Assembly: GCF_009914755.1 (NCBI RefSeq)
Contig: NC_060926.1
Direction: 5' to 3' (one strand)
Source of the DNA: the human T2T-CHM13v2.0 reference genome, Homo sapiens
Length of the DNA stretch: 64,000 nucleotides
Shown here one piece after another: positions 42,447 to 58,479 of the stretch; positions within the stretch are counted from its first letter, which is position 1, and each line of letters begins with the position of its first letter. A program made the translations under genes and the position numbers. The notes beneath the pieces were generated by a model. That model saw nothing but the letters and a program-made list of their open reading frames with translations. It searched no databases and was not told the origin of the DNA.

Positions 42447-43640
42447 ATGAGTGTTGGACGTCGAAGAATAAAGTTGTTGGGTATCCTGATGATGGCAAAT
42501 GTCTTCATTTATTTTATTATGGAAGTCTCCAAAAGCAGTAGCCAAGAAAAAAATGGAAAAGGGGAAGTAATAATACCCAAAGAGAAGTTCTGGAAGATAT
42601 CTACCCCTCCCGAGGCATACTGGAACCGAGAGCAAGAGAAGCTGAACCGGCAGTACAACCCCATCCTGAGCATGCTGACCAACCAGACGGGGGAGGCGGG
42701 CAGGCTCTCCAATATAAGCCATCTGAACTACTGCGAACCTGACCTGAGGGTCACGTCGGTGGTTACGGGTTTTAACAACTTGCCGGACAGATTTAAAGAC
42801 TTTCTGCTGTATTTGAGATGCCGCAATTATTCACTGCTTATAGATCAGCCGGATAAGTGTGCAAAGAAACCTTTCTTGTTGCTGGCGATTAAGTCCCTCA
42901 CTCCACATTTTGCCAGAAGGCAAGCAATCCGGGAATCCTGGGGCCAAGAAAGCAACGCAGGGAACCAAACGGTGGTGCGAGTCTTCCTGCTGGGCCAGAC
43001 ACCCCCAGAGGACAACCACCCCGACCTTTCAGATATGCTGAAATTTGAGAGTGAGAAGCACCAAGACATTCTTATGTGGAACTACAGAGACACTTTCTTC
43101 AACTTGTCTCTGAAGGAAGTGCTGTTTCTCAGGTGGGTAAGTACTTCCTGCCCAGACACTGAGTTTGTTTTCAAGGGCGATGACGATGTTTTTGTGAACA
43201 CCCATCACATCCTGAATTACTTGAATAGTTTATCCAAGACCAAAGCCAAAGATCTCTTCATAGGTGATGTGATCCACAATGCTGGACCTCATCGGGATAA
43301 GAAGCTGAAGTACTACATCCCAGAAGTTGTTTACTCTGGCCTCTACCCACCCTATGCAGGGGGAGGGGGGTTCCTCTACTCCGGCCACCTGGCCCTGAGG
43401 CTGTACCATATCACTGACCAGGTCCATCTCTACCCCATTGATGACGTTTATACTGGAATGTGCCTTCAGAAACTCGGCCTCGTTCCAGAGAAACACAAAG
43501 GCTTCAGGACATTTGATATCGAGGAGAAAAACAAAAATAACATCTGCTCCTATGTAGATCTGATGTTAGTACATAGTAGAAAACCTCAAGAGATGATTGA
43601 TATTTGGTCTCAGTTGCAGAGTGCTCATTTAAAATGCTAA
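42447..43640 (+). CDS. B3GNT2: UDP-GlcNAc:betaGal beta-1,3-N-acetylglucosaminyltransferase 2 (GT31/Galactosyl_T family, type II Golgi membrane protein), 397 aa, single coding exon
   Basis: Basic N-tail (RRRIK) plus TM helix; GT31 motifs FLLLAIKS, RRQAIRESWG, DTFFNLSLK, KGDDD (DxD), YPPYAGGGG, IDDVYTG; several N-X-S/T sequons; sequence recognised as human B3GNT2. Confidence 0.99.
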   Translation: MSVGRRRIKLLGILMMANVFIYFIMEVSKSSSQEKNGKGEVIIPKEKFWKISTPPEAYWNREQEKLNRQYNPILSMLTNQTGEAGRLSNISHLNYCEPDLRVTSVVTGFNNLPDRFKDFLLYLRCRNYSLLIDQPDKCAKKPFLLLAIKSLTPHFARRQAIRESWGQESNAGNQTVVRVFLLGQTPPEDNHPDLSDMLKFESEKHQDILMWNYRDTFFNLSLKEVLFLRWVSTSCPDTEFVFKGDDDVFVNTHHILNYLNSLSKTKAKDLFIGDVIHNAGPHRDKKLKYYIPEVVYSGLYPPYAGGGGFLYSGHLALRLYHITDQVHLYPIDDVYTGMCLQKLGLVPEKHKGFRTFDIEEKNKNNICSYVDLMLVHSRKPQEMIDIWSQLQSAHLKC

Positions 43641-44754
43641 AATAGATACAAACTCAATTTTGCATAGAAAGGTGTATTTTGAATAGTTCCCATGTTGTGT
43701 TCTCACATTAGAGTAATTTCTATATTAAACCATGAAAATTGCCTTTATGAGTGATACCCATTTGAGGGCCTCTAAACCCTTCAATTTGGTACTCACGTGA
43801 AGAGGGAAAGCGGAAGATGGTAATTTTTTTTTATGGATGATATGGCAGGATGATTGGTTCTGATCTTACCGGCTAGTGGTCATTTTTAAAAAACTTGTAC
43901 CCTCTTATCTGAAATCCTGTTTCTGGAATTTGGCCATTTTAAGTGATTTTGTTTGCCCTCTTCTATAATATTCCTACTTCCCATAATAATGACTGATTTA
44001 TTTGTAATTCAGGTATTTATAAACCTATTGGCTACAAAGACTTTGTTAAACATTATCCAGTGGTTTTCGTGAAATGGAATTATGTTTATTTTTATGGGAT
44101 TTGGGTAAATTTTAAATTGTCTAGAAAACTGAAATTTCAGTTGTCAGTTGTGGAATTCAGTTTTTCAATTGTGGAAATTTCCTGCCACCCCAACAGTATT
44201 TTTGTGTGTTAATTAATTTTGCAAAATGAGAATCATGGTGTGACACTCATCTAATTTATCTTGTTGTGATGTTATGGTCATAATAAGGAGAAAGAGGGTT
44301 TAATTTTTCTTGTATTTGGTTTCCTGGTGGTATCATAGTGTAATTTTAGTATTTGAAAATCAGTGTGATTCCTTAATGGCCAACTGAAGATTGAATTGCC
44401 GCTAACAACCATATCGTGTTAGTGAATTTTCAATATGGACCAGGAAGGCATATGTATTTTGAACTTGAGTGAAAAGGTTGAAGTTACAGACTTTTGCATA
44501 GATGGTTTGTCAATTTAAAATTCCAGAATTTATTATTGCCATATTTTCACATGCTGCTTATACAAGATTATTATTGAGTAGTAACTGCTTCCCTGTCTAT
44601 GTAGAAGTGCCTGTGTTTTTATTTATTGTTCAGATCAAAGACCAAAACATTTTCTTAAATATATTTTATGTAATATTTTATTTGTATACAGTGTTGTTGA
44701 TGAAATATTTAACTAGAGCATGATATTTTAAATGTTAAGGTGTAACATATGTTA

Positions 44755-44760
44755 AATAAA
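44755..44760 (+). terminator. Proximal polyadenylation signal AATAAA
   Basis: AATAAA with upstream TGTA and a downstream U-rich tract (TTTGTTTTTTGG). Confidence 0.65.
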
Positions 44761-44935
44761 ACTGTTATTTTTGAATTTTAAAATTTGTTTTTTGGGGGTA
44801 TGAACTACTAGAGTTTAAAATTCTGCCAAACTATTACTTATATGTACTATTGTGTAACATACTTTCTTGAAATATTTTTGTTTATAGAATTGAAGGTTCT
44901 TATCAGATGGGATACTGGGGACTATAAACAATGGA

Positions 44936-44941
44936 AATAAA
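44936..44941 (+). terminator. Distal polyadenylation signal AATAAA
   Basis: AATAAA followed by a U/GU-rich element TTTTTTGTGTAATGTGT. Confidence 0.8.
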
Positions 44942-47185
44942 GCCACTGTATTTTTAATTTTTTGTGTAATGTGTAATCTATAATCCTTTTGTTTCCCATA
45001 TTTGAGAACATTTTTCCCTGAAAGAGGCCAGTTTCCTCCCCAGAAACCATTACAGTAGTGTTGAACTATCACTGTCTCTCAGTGCGTCATCCATCTTTGC
45101 ATTTAAAATCCCCAAAGTGCTTTCCCATTTAAAGTCTTTAAAGAAAAGTGAGAATATTTATTTATGCTTCCATTTTCAGTGAGTATAAATAATTTAATTA
45201 GGGAGTGGTGTGGCATTGTAAAGATTGTGTTATCCTAAGCCATTTCTATTTTGGAGTTTGTAGCCACAAAGATGAAATATAGAATCAGCCTTGACTACTC
45301 AATTTCCTTTCATAGACCCATGTTGAGAAGACACTACTAACGTCCAGTGGGAAACAAGTAGACAATTGATGAAGCTCAAAAAACAGAAGGGTTAGTGTTG
45401 TAAGAGCAAACAGTCTAATCCTGTTTGGAATGTGGAAGCCATTTCTGAGCAAGTATGAGGACACAGGTGCTTGATTTGAGATTGAAGACTGTTTTCAGCC
45501 TGGTCTTCCTGAAGGTTTCCTGGGGCCTGCATCTGCCTTCTACTCCCATGGCTGCTAGCACACACCTCCCAGAGGGCCATATTGCCACATTATGGCTAGA
45601 GAAGAGTAAAGAAGAAAAGAAGCTCTGAGAACATTCACAGGTAATTGGATCACATTTGCATTTGTCCAAAAAACCTGACCACGCATTCTCAGGTAATAGG
45701 TTTCTCCTCTCAGAGGAATTTCAATTTTTTTTCTTGTTAGAGATTCCCCTTCTCTGAGGTTTCAAGTCTCTTGTAGAGAAAGAAGAGATGGAGCAGGTTT
45801 TGAATGAGGTGTGGAGGGCCACTGGGGGGCCTTTTGTGAGCCTTCAGTCCACATGTGTGCTGTTGTTTGAACATGAGTTCTTGGTGCTGATGACATTTGG
45901 ATGAGATGATCTCTGGCCCTTCTTCATTTGGCAGAAGTTCTTGTGCAATGGCTGCCCAAGCCCACCACACTGGTCATTGCTGCCCTGTGAGATGGACCTC
46001 ATGGGCTTTTTAGCAGAGCACGTTAGGTTTTAGAGCTTTACGCATGCTTGGGCTCTGTTATGGCGCAAACCCTTAAATCCAGGAAGGCCTCTCTTGGTGC
46101 CCACAATATGGGTTCTCACCTGATCCCCCATCTCACGGATGGAACTGCTGTAAGTCTAACTTATTCTTTGAGAACTGTTTAACAATTAGGCCTCAAGGGA
46201 AACTGGTATTTTGGGCCCTTTTCTTGGCTATTCCCAAGTCATGTTGATTTTGAGTTTGAAGGTCAAAAAGGCTGAAAGCATTGCCAGGGTTTGGACTATT
46301 CAAAAACCCAAGCAGGTCTTAAAAAAAGGATGCAAGAGACAAGAATGGCTCATTCCCCTTCCTGATCCTGGTTATACCCATGTCCTTTCTTGAGATGGTC
46401 AAGAGAGGCTGGAAAGAAGAACAGGAAATTGGGGGAGTGCTTTGTTACACTTGGAAATTGAGTCAAGAATTAAAGACACCCAAAGTGGGCCATCTCCTAC
46501 TTGTCCACACCTGATTGGTGGTGATGCGGAATATTTGATGTCCCGGGTCATCTTGACTTTCTCAGATGCAAAAAGGGAGGGTGACTTTACTAATGGAAAG
46601 GATGGGAAGCTGAAATGAATGAAGCCTTCAGTTGGGCCAAAGTTTAACTTCCCCGTGATTTGCCTTCTGATGAAAAATGCCAGATGAAGTGAAAATTCTT
46701 GTTTCTTGCCTAGAACAGGAAAATACATACTTTACATGCTGGGCTATTGAGGCTATGAAATTAGGTTTTCCTTAATGTAAATCCAATTGCTAGAAACATT
46801 TGCCAAATAAGATTTTTTGAACTGAACTTTGTTTGCATTAATCTGAAAAACTGAAGTATTCTGACTCATGAAGTTCTCAAAGTAATACACTAAAAAAGTT
46901 TTGCCCTTAATACCATTATATCTTGTAGAGGCCAAGAATGAGGGACTTCTGTCTTTAAAGAGCCCTAAAAATCTTGTTTGCTCACATGATATGAATTACC
47001 GTATTTGTTGTAAATGCGCAACTTTGTATACACTAAAAGCACTGCCAATATGATTTTTTATCAGTTGTGCCTCAGTTAGAGATATTAAAATGTGACATCT
47101 TAAATATTACATATTAGAATAATTGAAATACAGCATGAGTCTTTATATATTTTTTTAAACCCTTAAATTGAAAGATGGAGTCCTA

Positions 47186-47513
<328 letters not shown>

Positions 47514-48004
47514 TCACTTTGACCTGTGTTTATGAATTCTCATCCCAACCAACCCTGGTGGCTTTTGAGCTTTGTCAGTTGCTTTCTTCTTGGCTGTTGT
47601 GCATGGTGAAAGGGGATGTGTTAACTGCACTGAAGCAGCGAGAGTAGTTTTAATTTGATTGTAATCCAAGGGCTTATTTCTAAGTCAGGGGCCTGGCAGT
47701 TGAACAAAGTGTTTGCAGCTTCCTGACAGCTGACCCACACGGGATTGGAGGGTGGGCCTTTGATGCTCCTCAAGCAATAAGCCACATGGAGAACTTGCAT
47801 CGTAAGTGTTAGCAAGGGCTCACCTCACTGCCTTGGAAACCTACCATCCTGTGACTCGCCCTTTCCCAGCCTGTCTTCAACTCACATCCTCTCTTCCTGC
47901 TCATCACCCCAGGCCTTCCTGAAGTTGGCTTTCCTAGCTATTCTACTGGGCACCAACTTCCACCACCTCTTTAAAAAGTATCTCAAGTACAAAATAAACA
48001 TTAT

Positions 48005-48244
48005 CCTATCCTTGGTTTGGGTTTTTCCAGAAAACAGACTTTAAGACAGGGATTCTAGCTCAGGTAGGCTTTGGTGGAAGTGCAGGCACAAAGTTCAGCA
48101 GGAAGTGGCCCTTGGAAGGCAGCAGATGAGGAGTGTGAAGCCACTGCCACTGTGGGATTGGAGCTCAACCCCACAGGGAATCTGGAAAACAGTGCAGAAT
48201 GCATGCCTCAGAACGCACCTGTCTGAGGCTTGAAGGAGCTGAAC
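48005..48244. mobile_element. ERVL-type LTR fragment
   Basis: TTGGGTTTTTCCAGAAAACAGACTTTAAGACAGGGATT terminal motif of old ERVL LTRs. Confidence 0.5.
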
Positions 48245-48857
<613 letters not shown>

Positions 48858-49884
48858 TTAGTAGATTGTAGAATTCTGCCGGAACCATCACTCCACTACA
48901 AAGCCAATTTGGTTTTAAGTCATGATGATTCTACCCGCCCTCTAGAAATTTTTTATTTTGGCCCTCTTTTTTTCTTTAAAAAATTTCTGAAACAGTTTGT
49001 TCTCTGATTGCTCCTCTTTCCATAGGAGCCTGTTCTTCATGGATGTAAGGACTGTGTATAAGAAAATGAATTAGAGTTTTTTTTTTTTTTTTTACAATTC
49101 TTATCTCAGGGATTAGGTGAGTTGTTCACCCTAATTCTTATGGAGAAGAACAAATACTAAGTGATGCTTGGTCCTTTAATGCAGGACTGAACTGATTTGT
49201 AGAAGTTCCTAGGAGGTGTTTCTTTTTCTGGGCTGTTTACCCACAAGGCCACTTCCTACACTGGAAGGCTGGGTGAGGGTCACTGTATGGACGTATGTCC
49301 TGGCTTCCTTTCAGGGACTGAGCAGGTTGGGGGCAGGTAGACTTGACCCCAGATCTTGGAGCTGCCTTTCTTCCCTTTGCTCTGGGTCTGTTTCGCGGTA
49401 TTCTACTCAGCTGCTTCAACCTGAACCCTCTACCTCCCCTTCAGTTTAGGGAGCATTCCTTAGCAGGTAAGCATCTGAGCTCACGTGCACTTAACCTGTG
49501 TGTTTGCGTGTGCGCATGTGCGTGTGCATTTGAGTCTTGAAGAGTTGGTGAAGCCAGCCCCCCAGTTAGTCACCCCTTCTGCCTCCTCCAAGCTGGGAGC
49601 CTTTCCAGAGAAGTCTTCCTGTAACCCACATCCCGTGCAGCCTTCTCCCCATCGTGTGCTGGGCTGTGGTTTCCTCTTCCAGTTTGTCCATTAATACAGT
49701 GCCGGATGTTTCCCGTCTTTCACAAAATGAATTATTTCTCTTGGTGGTATTGTCTTCACTGCCAGTGCGGCCTTGGGCTTCTTCATTATATCTTTTGTTA
49801 TTTAGATAGGGAAGGAGGCAAACACTTCTGACCATCCACTATTCTGACCTGGGAGCCCCCAGCATTTTAAGTGTATTAATTTAA

Positions 49885-50185
49885 TTTTTTGAGATGGTCT
49901 CACTCTGTTGCCCAGGCTGGTGTGCAGTGGTGTGATCTAGGCTTACTGCAATGTCTGCCTCCTGGGTTCAAGTGATCCTCGTGCCTCAGCCTCCCAAGTA
50001 GCTGGGACCACAGGTGTGTGCCACCACACCTGGCTAATTTTTTTTTTTTTTTTTTTTGTATTTTTAGTAGAGATGGGGTTTTGCTATGTTGGCCAGGCTG
50101 GTCTCGAACTCCTGGCCTCCAGTGATTCACTTGCCTTGGCTTTCCAAAGTGCTGGGATTACAGATGTGAGCCACTGTGCCCGGCC
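49885..50185 (-). mobile_element. Older Alu (J/S), antisense
   Basis: Full body with an expanded T linker. Confidence 0.9.
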
Positions 50186-50186
50186 T

Positions 50187-50516
<330 letters not shown>

Positions 50517-51367
50517 TATAATTTTTAAAGACAGGGTCTCTGTCCCCCAGGCTGGAGTGCAGTGATGCAATCATAGCTCACTGCAGCCTCAACCTCCTGA
50601 GCTCAAGTGACCCTCCCGTCTCAGTCTCCTGAGTAGCTGGGACTCCAGGTGTGCGCCCCCATGCTTGGCTCCCCAGCATTTTTTCTTGTCTTTCCTGACC
50701 TGAGGCCTTCACCACATTGACCTCCACACCTGGAAATTCTCCTTCCTGCCGTGGTTACGGCATCTGTTGCCCGGGTTCTTGAATCTCTGCCTGAAAGCTT
50801 TCTTTGGCTGCTAAGTGCTGGGCCTGATCCTCCCACACTGCACCCACAGCCTCTTCCTGGGTCTCTTCCTTGGCCTCCCTGCGCAGTCCTCAGAGTTATC
50901 TCTGTGGGCGCCCTCCCCGAAATATTTCCACCTCTCGTTCCTTTCTGAGTCAAGCCCACTCTTGAGTCCACCTCCGTGAAGGGGCTGTTGGCCCTTCATA
51001 CCAGGAGAACCCTTCTAGGTTTACTCCTAGCCCACCCATTCCCAGCGTCAGCGCCCTCGCCCTTCTCTTTCACTGGAGTCCAATCAACCCTCCATTTCAA
51101 ACAGTTCTGTCTCTCCAGCCCTCAGTCTCTCCCTGAATGTGCAAGTCAGCCTGTCCTTGAAGCCAGCACGACTCTCGGGGTCCCCTTTGCCCATCTGTGT
51201 ACACTTCTCAGCTTCAAACCCAGCAAGTCTCCTGCCCCATCCCCTTCCTGGGGAAATGGGTCTCTTTCGGAGGCCCCAGGCCTGAGGGAGGTCCATTTTG
51301 TAGAAATGGAAGGGGTTCCATTTTATGGTTTCTAAGGTGTATTTTCCACAAATTTAAAAGGATTGTC

Positions 51368-51503
51368 AGCTGGATTTGGTGGCTTATGCCTGTGATCCCG
51401 GCACTTCGGGAGGCTGAGGCAGGAGGATTGCTTTAAGGCCAGGAGTTTGAGGCCAGTCTTGGTGACTTAGTGACAACGTGCCTCTATTGCAAAAAAAAAA
51501 AAA
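51368..51503 (+). mobile_element. Alu monomer (FLAM-like)
   Basis: Left-arm sequence with an A-tail. Confidence 0.85.
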
Positions 51504-52655
51504 GTAAAAGGACTGTCCCTTGGCTCCTGATCCTTTTAAGTGCTCTTAGCTCTGGGGCAGGCCCTCAGTTCCCTTCCAGGTTGCTCTGGGTTGCCCAGGA
51601 ATGTGACGGAGGTGAGAATGCCCCTCATATCAAGGCAAGAACGTGAATATCTAAGGTCGGCACCTCCATCGTCATTAGGATCAGAGTGCATTCTACTTTG
51701 CTTGTCCTAGTGGATATCTGCCCTGTGCTCAGAGTCAGCTCCCCCACATTCCCCCACTCAAATGTAGGAGCTTCCCCTCCTCTGACTGCCTTTGGGTGAG
51801 GCCCCTGCCCCTTGTCTACCGGAACTGGGTGGAAAGGACCTGAGACAGAGCTGTCTCCCTCTGCCTTATCCTCCTCCTCTGCCCCTTCTGTAGAGCTCAG
51901 TAGTGGGAAAGTGGCCTTGGGAAGGGGCCTCTGGGGCTCGTCCACAGACACCTGACCATGCCCAGGCGGCATCCCTTCAGCTGTCAGAATTCCTGGGGTG
52001 GGTGGGTAGGAAGCAGCCAGGCCCTTCCAGCCTCAGTCTGGCTCTATCCAAGACCTCCCTGGACACTAGAGAAAGCCCCAGCTCTCACCTCCTTTTGACT
52101 CACGACCCTCTGGGGCTCTTCCTCCTCTCATTCAAGGGTTCAAGGCAACTGGGGTTTGCCTTTTCTACTTTTCCTACTCTTTCTACCTTTTCTACTTTTC
52201 CAATCTCACTGCAAAATGTGGCATAGTAATGAGCTGTTAACTCATCACTGGATAATTTATTTATAGTCTGGCGTGGAGAGAGGGGAGTGAAAATGTAGAC
52301 TTTTGTTGACACAACATGAAGACTGCAGTGGGAAAGGCTTGCAGGAAACCGAACTGGGCGGAGATTCGGCAATCAGGCAACAGGTGCCAAGGCGCTGCGC
52401 AGGGACCTGGCCGGGTCCTGCCTTGTCGTTTCAGCTATTGGAACCTTTGAGGACAGACCTACCTGCTTCCGAGCTGCAGTCAACCAGGAGGCCAGAGCTG
52501 TGGCTACCTTGGCAGCAGCTGTGAAGCTGCTGTTTTTCTGGCTGGGGAGGTGGGAGAACCCAGGGAAAACCTCAGAAAAATAAAGAAAATCTGAATATGG
52601 ACAAGCTCAGATGTCTTAAATAGCAACAATATCACATTAATCTTTCCTCTTGTGG

Positions 52656-52860
52656 GATATGAGAAATGAGTGGTAGACACTGAAGATAAAGTTGTTGGGC
52701 TTAAAGTTGGTGGGAAATGCCTTTATTTATTTAATTGCAAAAGTCTCTAAAAGTGAGTCGCCACGGAAGGAATGAAGAAGGAGGGGTTGTGATGGACTGT
52801 CAAGAAAGCTGGGGAACTTTCCCACTCACTGTCTTGAAGAACAAGACAAAGAGAAGATGC
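52656..52860 (+). pseudogene. Decayed partial tandem copy of the B3GNT2 coding-exon 5' end
   Basis: GATATGAGAAATGAGTG is identical to 42437-42453; hand alignment gives 77/99 identity over the first 99 columns; IKLLGLKLVGNAFIYLIAKVSKS vs IKLLGILMMANVFIYFIMEVSKS; early stop, frameshifts, acceptor AG changed to GG. Confidence 0.85.
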
Positions 52861-53196
52861 AAAACCACCCCACTGAGGCTGGTGCTGGAGGCCTGGGGAG
52901 AGCATTTCATTGTTGGGGGTGGCCTGTCTCACTGGTCCCTCCTCCAGAAGTTGGAGAGATGCTACCTAGCTGAGTGTTGAGCACTTGTCCCTGCAACTGA
53001 GTACCTGCTCGACAAATAGGGGCTGCCATGGCAATAAAAAACCCAGCTGTGGCAGATGTTTATTATTGCAGACAATTAGAAATATTCTCTGCATTATCCC
53101 AGGTCTTGGCATAGTTCATTGTTGGTAGACCAACCCAATAAATTACTTTTCTGAGATAACATTGATGTGTTGGGTGAACCTTTCACTTAGAAAGCT

Positions 53197-53504
<308 letters not shown>

Positions 53505-53519
53505 TCACTTAGAAAGCTT

Positions 53520-54590
<1,071 letters not shown>

Positions 54591-57154
54591 TTAATATATG
54601 TAAAATGTGCAAATAATTCAGTGAGTCAATGCATGTAAGGTGCTTGGAGCCTGGCATGTAGTAAGTGCTCGATGAATGAGTAGCTGCTGCTTTTGTTGTC
54701 ATTATTAGTGCTGCTTCTGTGCCAGTTCTCTTCCAGCCTCCCTCCTCTGCTGTTCAGTCCTTTGACTCTCTGTTCATTGTCCTCTGCCTCTTGGGCTGAT
54801 CCTCCTCCGGCTGGTTGCTTCCTTACATGAGGATTGACTGTCTTGCTCAAAATGTCTGTGTCCTTAAGCAGGGCCAAGAAGAGCTCCGTTCTTCTCATCA
54901 GCGTATGGGGTTGGGTGGAGGAGGAGCCTACTATTACTCAAAGGTAAGAGACAAAGCTGTGCTAACAGAACAGATGCCTCTGTCTTTGCAAGTTGTGCCT
55001 ACTTCTGAGGTGACCTTGGGGGGACCCCACCTGGTCCACATCCCTGGACCAGAACGCGTCCTGGAGGGACAGGTCAGAGGAGCAGCCCACCTGGCTGAGG
55101 CCTGGAGGCAGGAATGAGCCAGAGGTGAAACTCCTCCTGGGGGAGGTGGTGGAGTTTTCTCCAAGGAGCGGCTGGGTTGCTGCGCTGAGCAACCTCCAGG
55201 GGCAGGAGAGCCAGGGCGGGGGTGGAGGGAGCATCAGGCCTGCTGGGGGAGGCCTCCCCTGCCCGCGACGGGCAAGGCAGTGCCAGTTAAAGCAAGCTTA
55301 GTTCCCTCTGTAGATGAGAGCAGGGGTTCCCTCCTTCCTCAGTCGGGGTTAGGAGATGCCAGCATGCTCCAGTTGCTTTCTGGGGCTCCCATACCCTGGT
55401 CTAGCACACAGAACTCTATCTGCAGAATGGCTGTTCTTGGCAGCAATCTCAGCCTTCCAGACTCCGCTCCAACTTTGGAGCATTTGAGCTCTATTTTTAT
55501 GCAGAGAGGAGAAGTTTCCCATGTTTGAAAATAGCTGCCATGCAGAGGACTGTGGTAGCTCCTGTTGTTGGTTGTCCTTCTGTCCTCCTTTTTCTGGAGA
55601 TGGACTGTGCCCCGGGGCTGTGGGGTGATAAACGGGCCTATTGGAACCCTCCTGGGGACTGGGAGAGGGAAGCTCTTCTTCCACTGGTGTTGCTAAATGG
55701 GCATGGTGGAGTTGCCTGGCCCTCTCCCTAACAAGTCAGAATGAGGGCAACACTTGTGGAAGGAAGAGGGGCTGGGAGTGGTGCCAGCGTCCGTGAGCCC
55801 CTTGCACCTGCCTCCATCCTGGCCTTCCCAGCCACGTGAGCCTTTTTCTTTTTTGCTTAAGCTGACTGGAGTCGGTCCTGACTGATACCATGAAGGCCTG
55901 CTTCCTTCCCTGAGTTCTAAGGTGAGCCCAGCTGCAGGTGCCTCCAGATTCCCACCCTGAAACACCCAATTTTAAGACTGTGATAGTTGCTTCCAGTAGG
56001 CAGCTGGGGAAGAAACTTGATGTACCTGCGTTAGGCCAAAAATCTAAGTGGAAAGACTTAGGAAGCAGGGAACACCTTTCTTCAGCTGTTCAATGTTCAG
56101 TGTTCAGTGTCGGTCCGAAGACCCCTGGGTGAGAGATAACAGTTTCTCTTTCAGCGTCAAGTTTATACATTTAGTTTATAGATGTTTGCTTTGGTGACAA
56201 GTGAAGAGCTGAAAAAAGAAGGAGTGTGCATGCAAACCCAGTTCCTTGGGAGAGGAAGATGCTGGTGGGCTGGGAAGAGATTTCAAGGGGGAGAGAGGTG
56301 CTTGGCTGCCTGTATAGTCATTGTGGGGTGTGGGCCAGATGTGTCAGGTCTTATGGCCTAGGAGGGAGAGCTGGGTTTAGACCCTCACTCTTCCATAGCA
56401 CAGTAACAAACAGCCTGGCCCGCCCAGAGGGGAAGGTGGATGCTCATTAGAAATTTCTGTGCTCCAAGCTGCCCTGGGTTCTCCTGGGCCAGAGCAAGCT
56501 GGGGTCTGGTCTTGCCCCTCTGCTGAGGCTGGAACAGCTGACCGACAGCCCCCTGCTGTCACATTCCTGGAAATATGCAGGGACCCCTGTGCCCCACCTG
56601 GGGGAGAATTGGGGTCTGGCTATGTGGCAAGCACTCGGGAAGCAGGGAGGGAAGCGTAGTATGCCTGTGTGCTGTGGCCCACTCATCCCAGTCCCGGCCC
56701 CTTCCTCATGTAACAGATGAGCAAAATGAAGCCAACCCAAGTTTAAACAACTAGCAAGTATTTTATACTTGGGGCCAGGATTTATACCTGCAGTCTCTGA
56801 TTCCATTGCCCGTGGACTTTACCCCGCTATGGGACCGTCTCCCTGAGCCTTCCAAAGGAGGACATGTGCCACCAAAGGGCTACCAGCACTGCAAAGTCTG
56901 TCAGCTCCCTACCCATGAACTTGTATTTGCCTTTTGCCCTTTGACCCCACTGTCCAGAGATTTTTGTCTCCATCAACTGCCTCACTCAGGCGTCGTCAGC
57001 CCAGAGTCTGACCCGAGTCCCACTTTTGCCTCACTGTGCAAAGCTTGGGTTCCTACTCACAGACCTACAGTGTTTGTCAGTAAAGAGGTGGGCCACCCCA
57101 GAGTAGACATGTGTTATTAGATTAGATGAGAAAACTAAGCCTCAGAGGATGTGA

Positions 57155-57830
<676 letters not shown>

Positions 57831-57909
57831 GAAGAGGATTTAACCTTTTAATTTCAAATAGGCAGTAAAAGGTAAGGCAGGTTGGGGTTGCCTAGGTTTT
57901 GAAGTTGCT

Positions 57910-58479
<570 letters not shown>

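Larger units (their letters stand above)
43641..44960 (+). other. B3GNT2: B3GNT2 3' UTR (AU-rich, no recognisable repeats)
   Basis: Follows the TAA stop; end inferred ~20 nt after the distal AATAAA. Confidence 0.8.

Noticed and set aside
42429-43496. Antisense ORFs overlapping the B3GNT2 CDS
   Set aside because: They are short shadow ORFs of a coding exon with no independent evidence.
52160-52201. Short TTTTCTAC(T/C)-like tandem repeat
   Set aside because: About four degenerate units of ordinary low-complexity sequence; no spacer structure.
52599-52605. GGACAAG upstream of the decayed copy, identical to the end of exon 1 (possible retrocopy signature)
   Set aside because: It is a 7-mer lying 50 nt from the junction with no other exon-1 similarity; the adjacent sequence is an intron-like pyrimidine tract.
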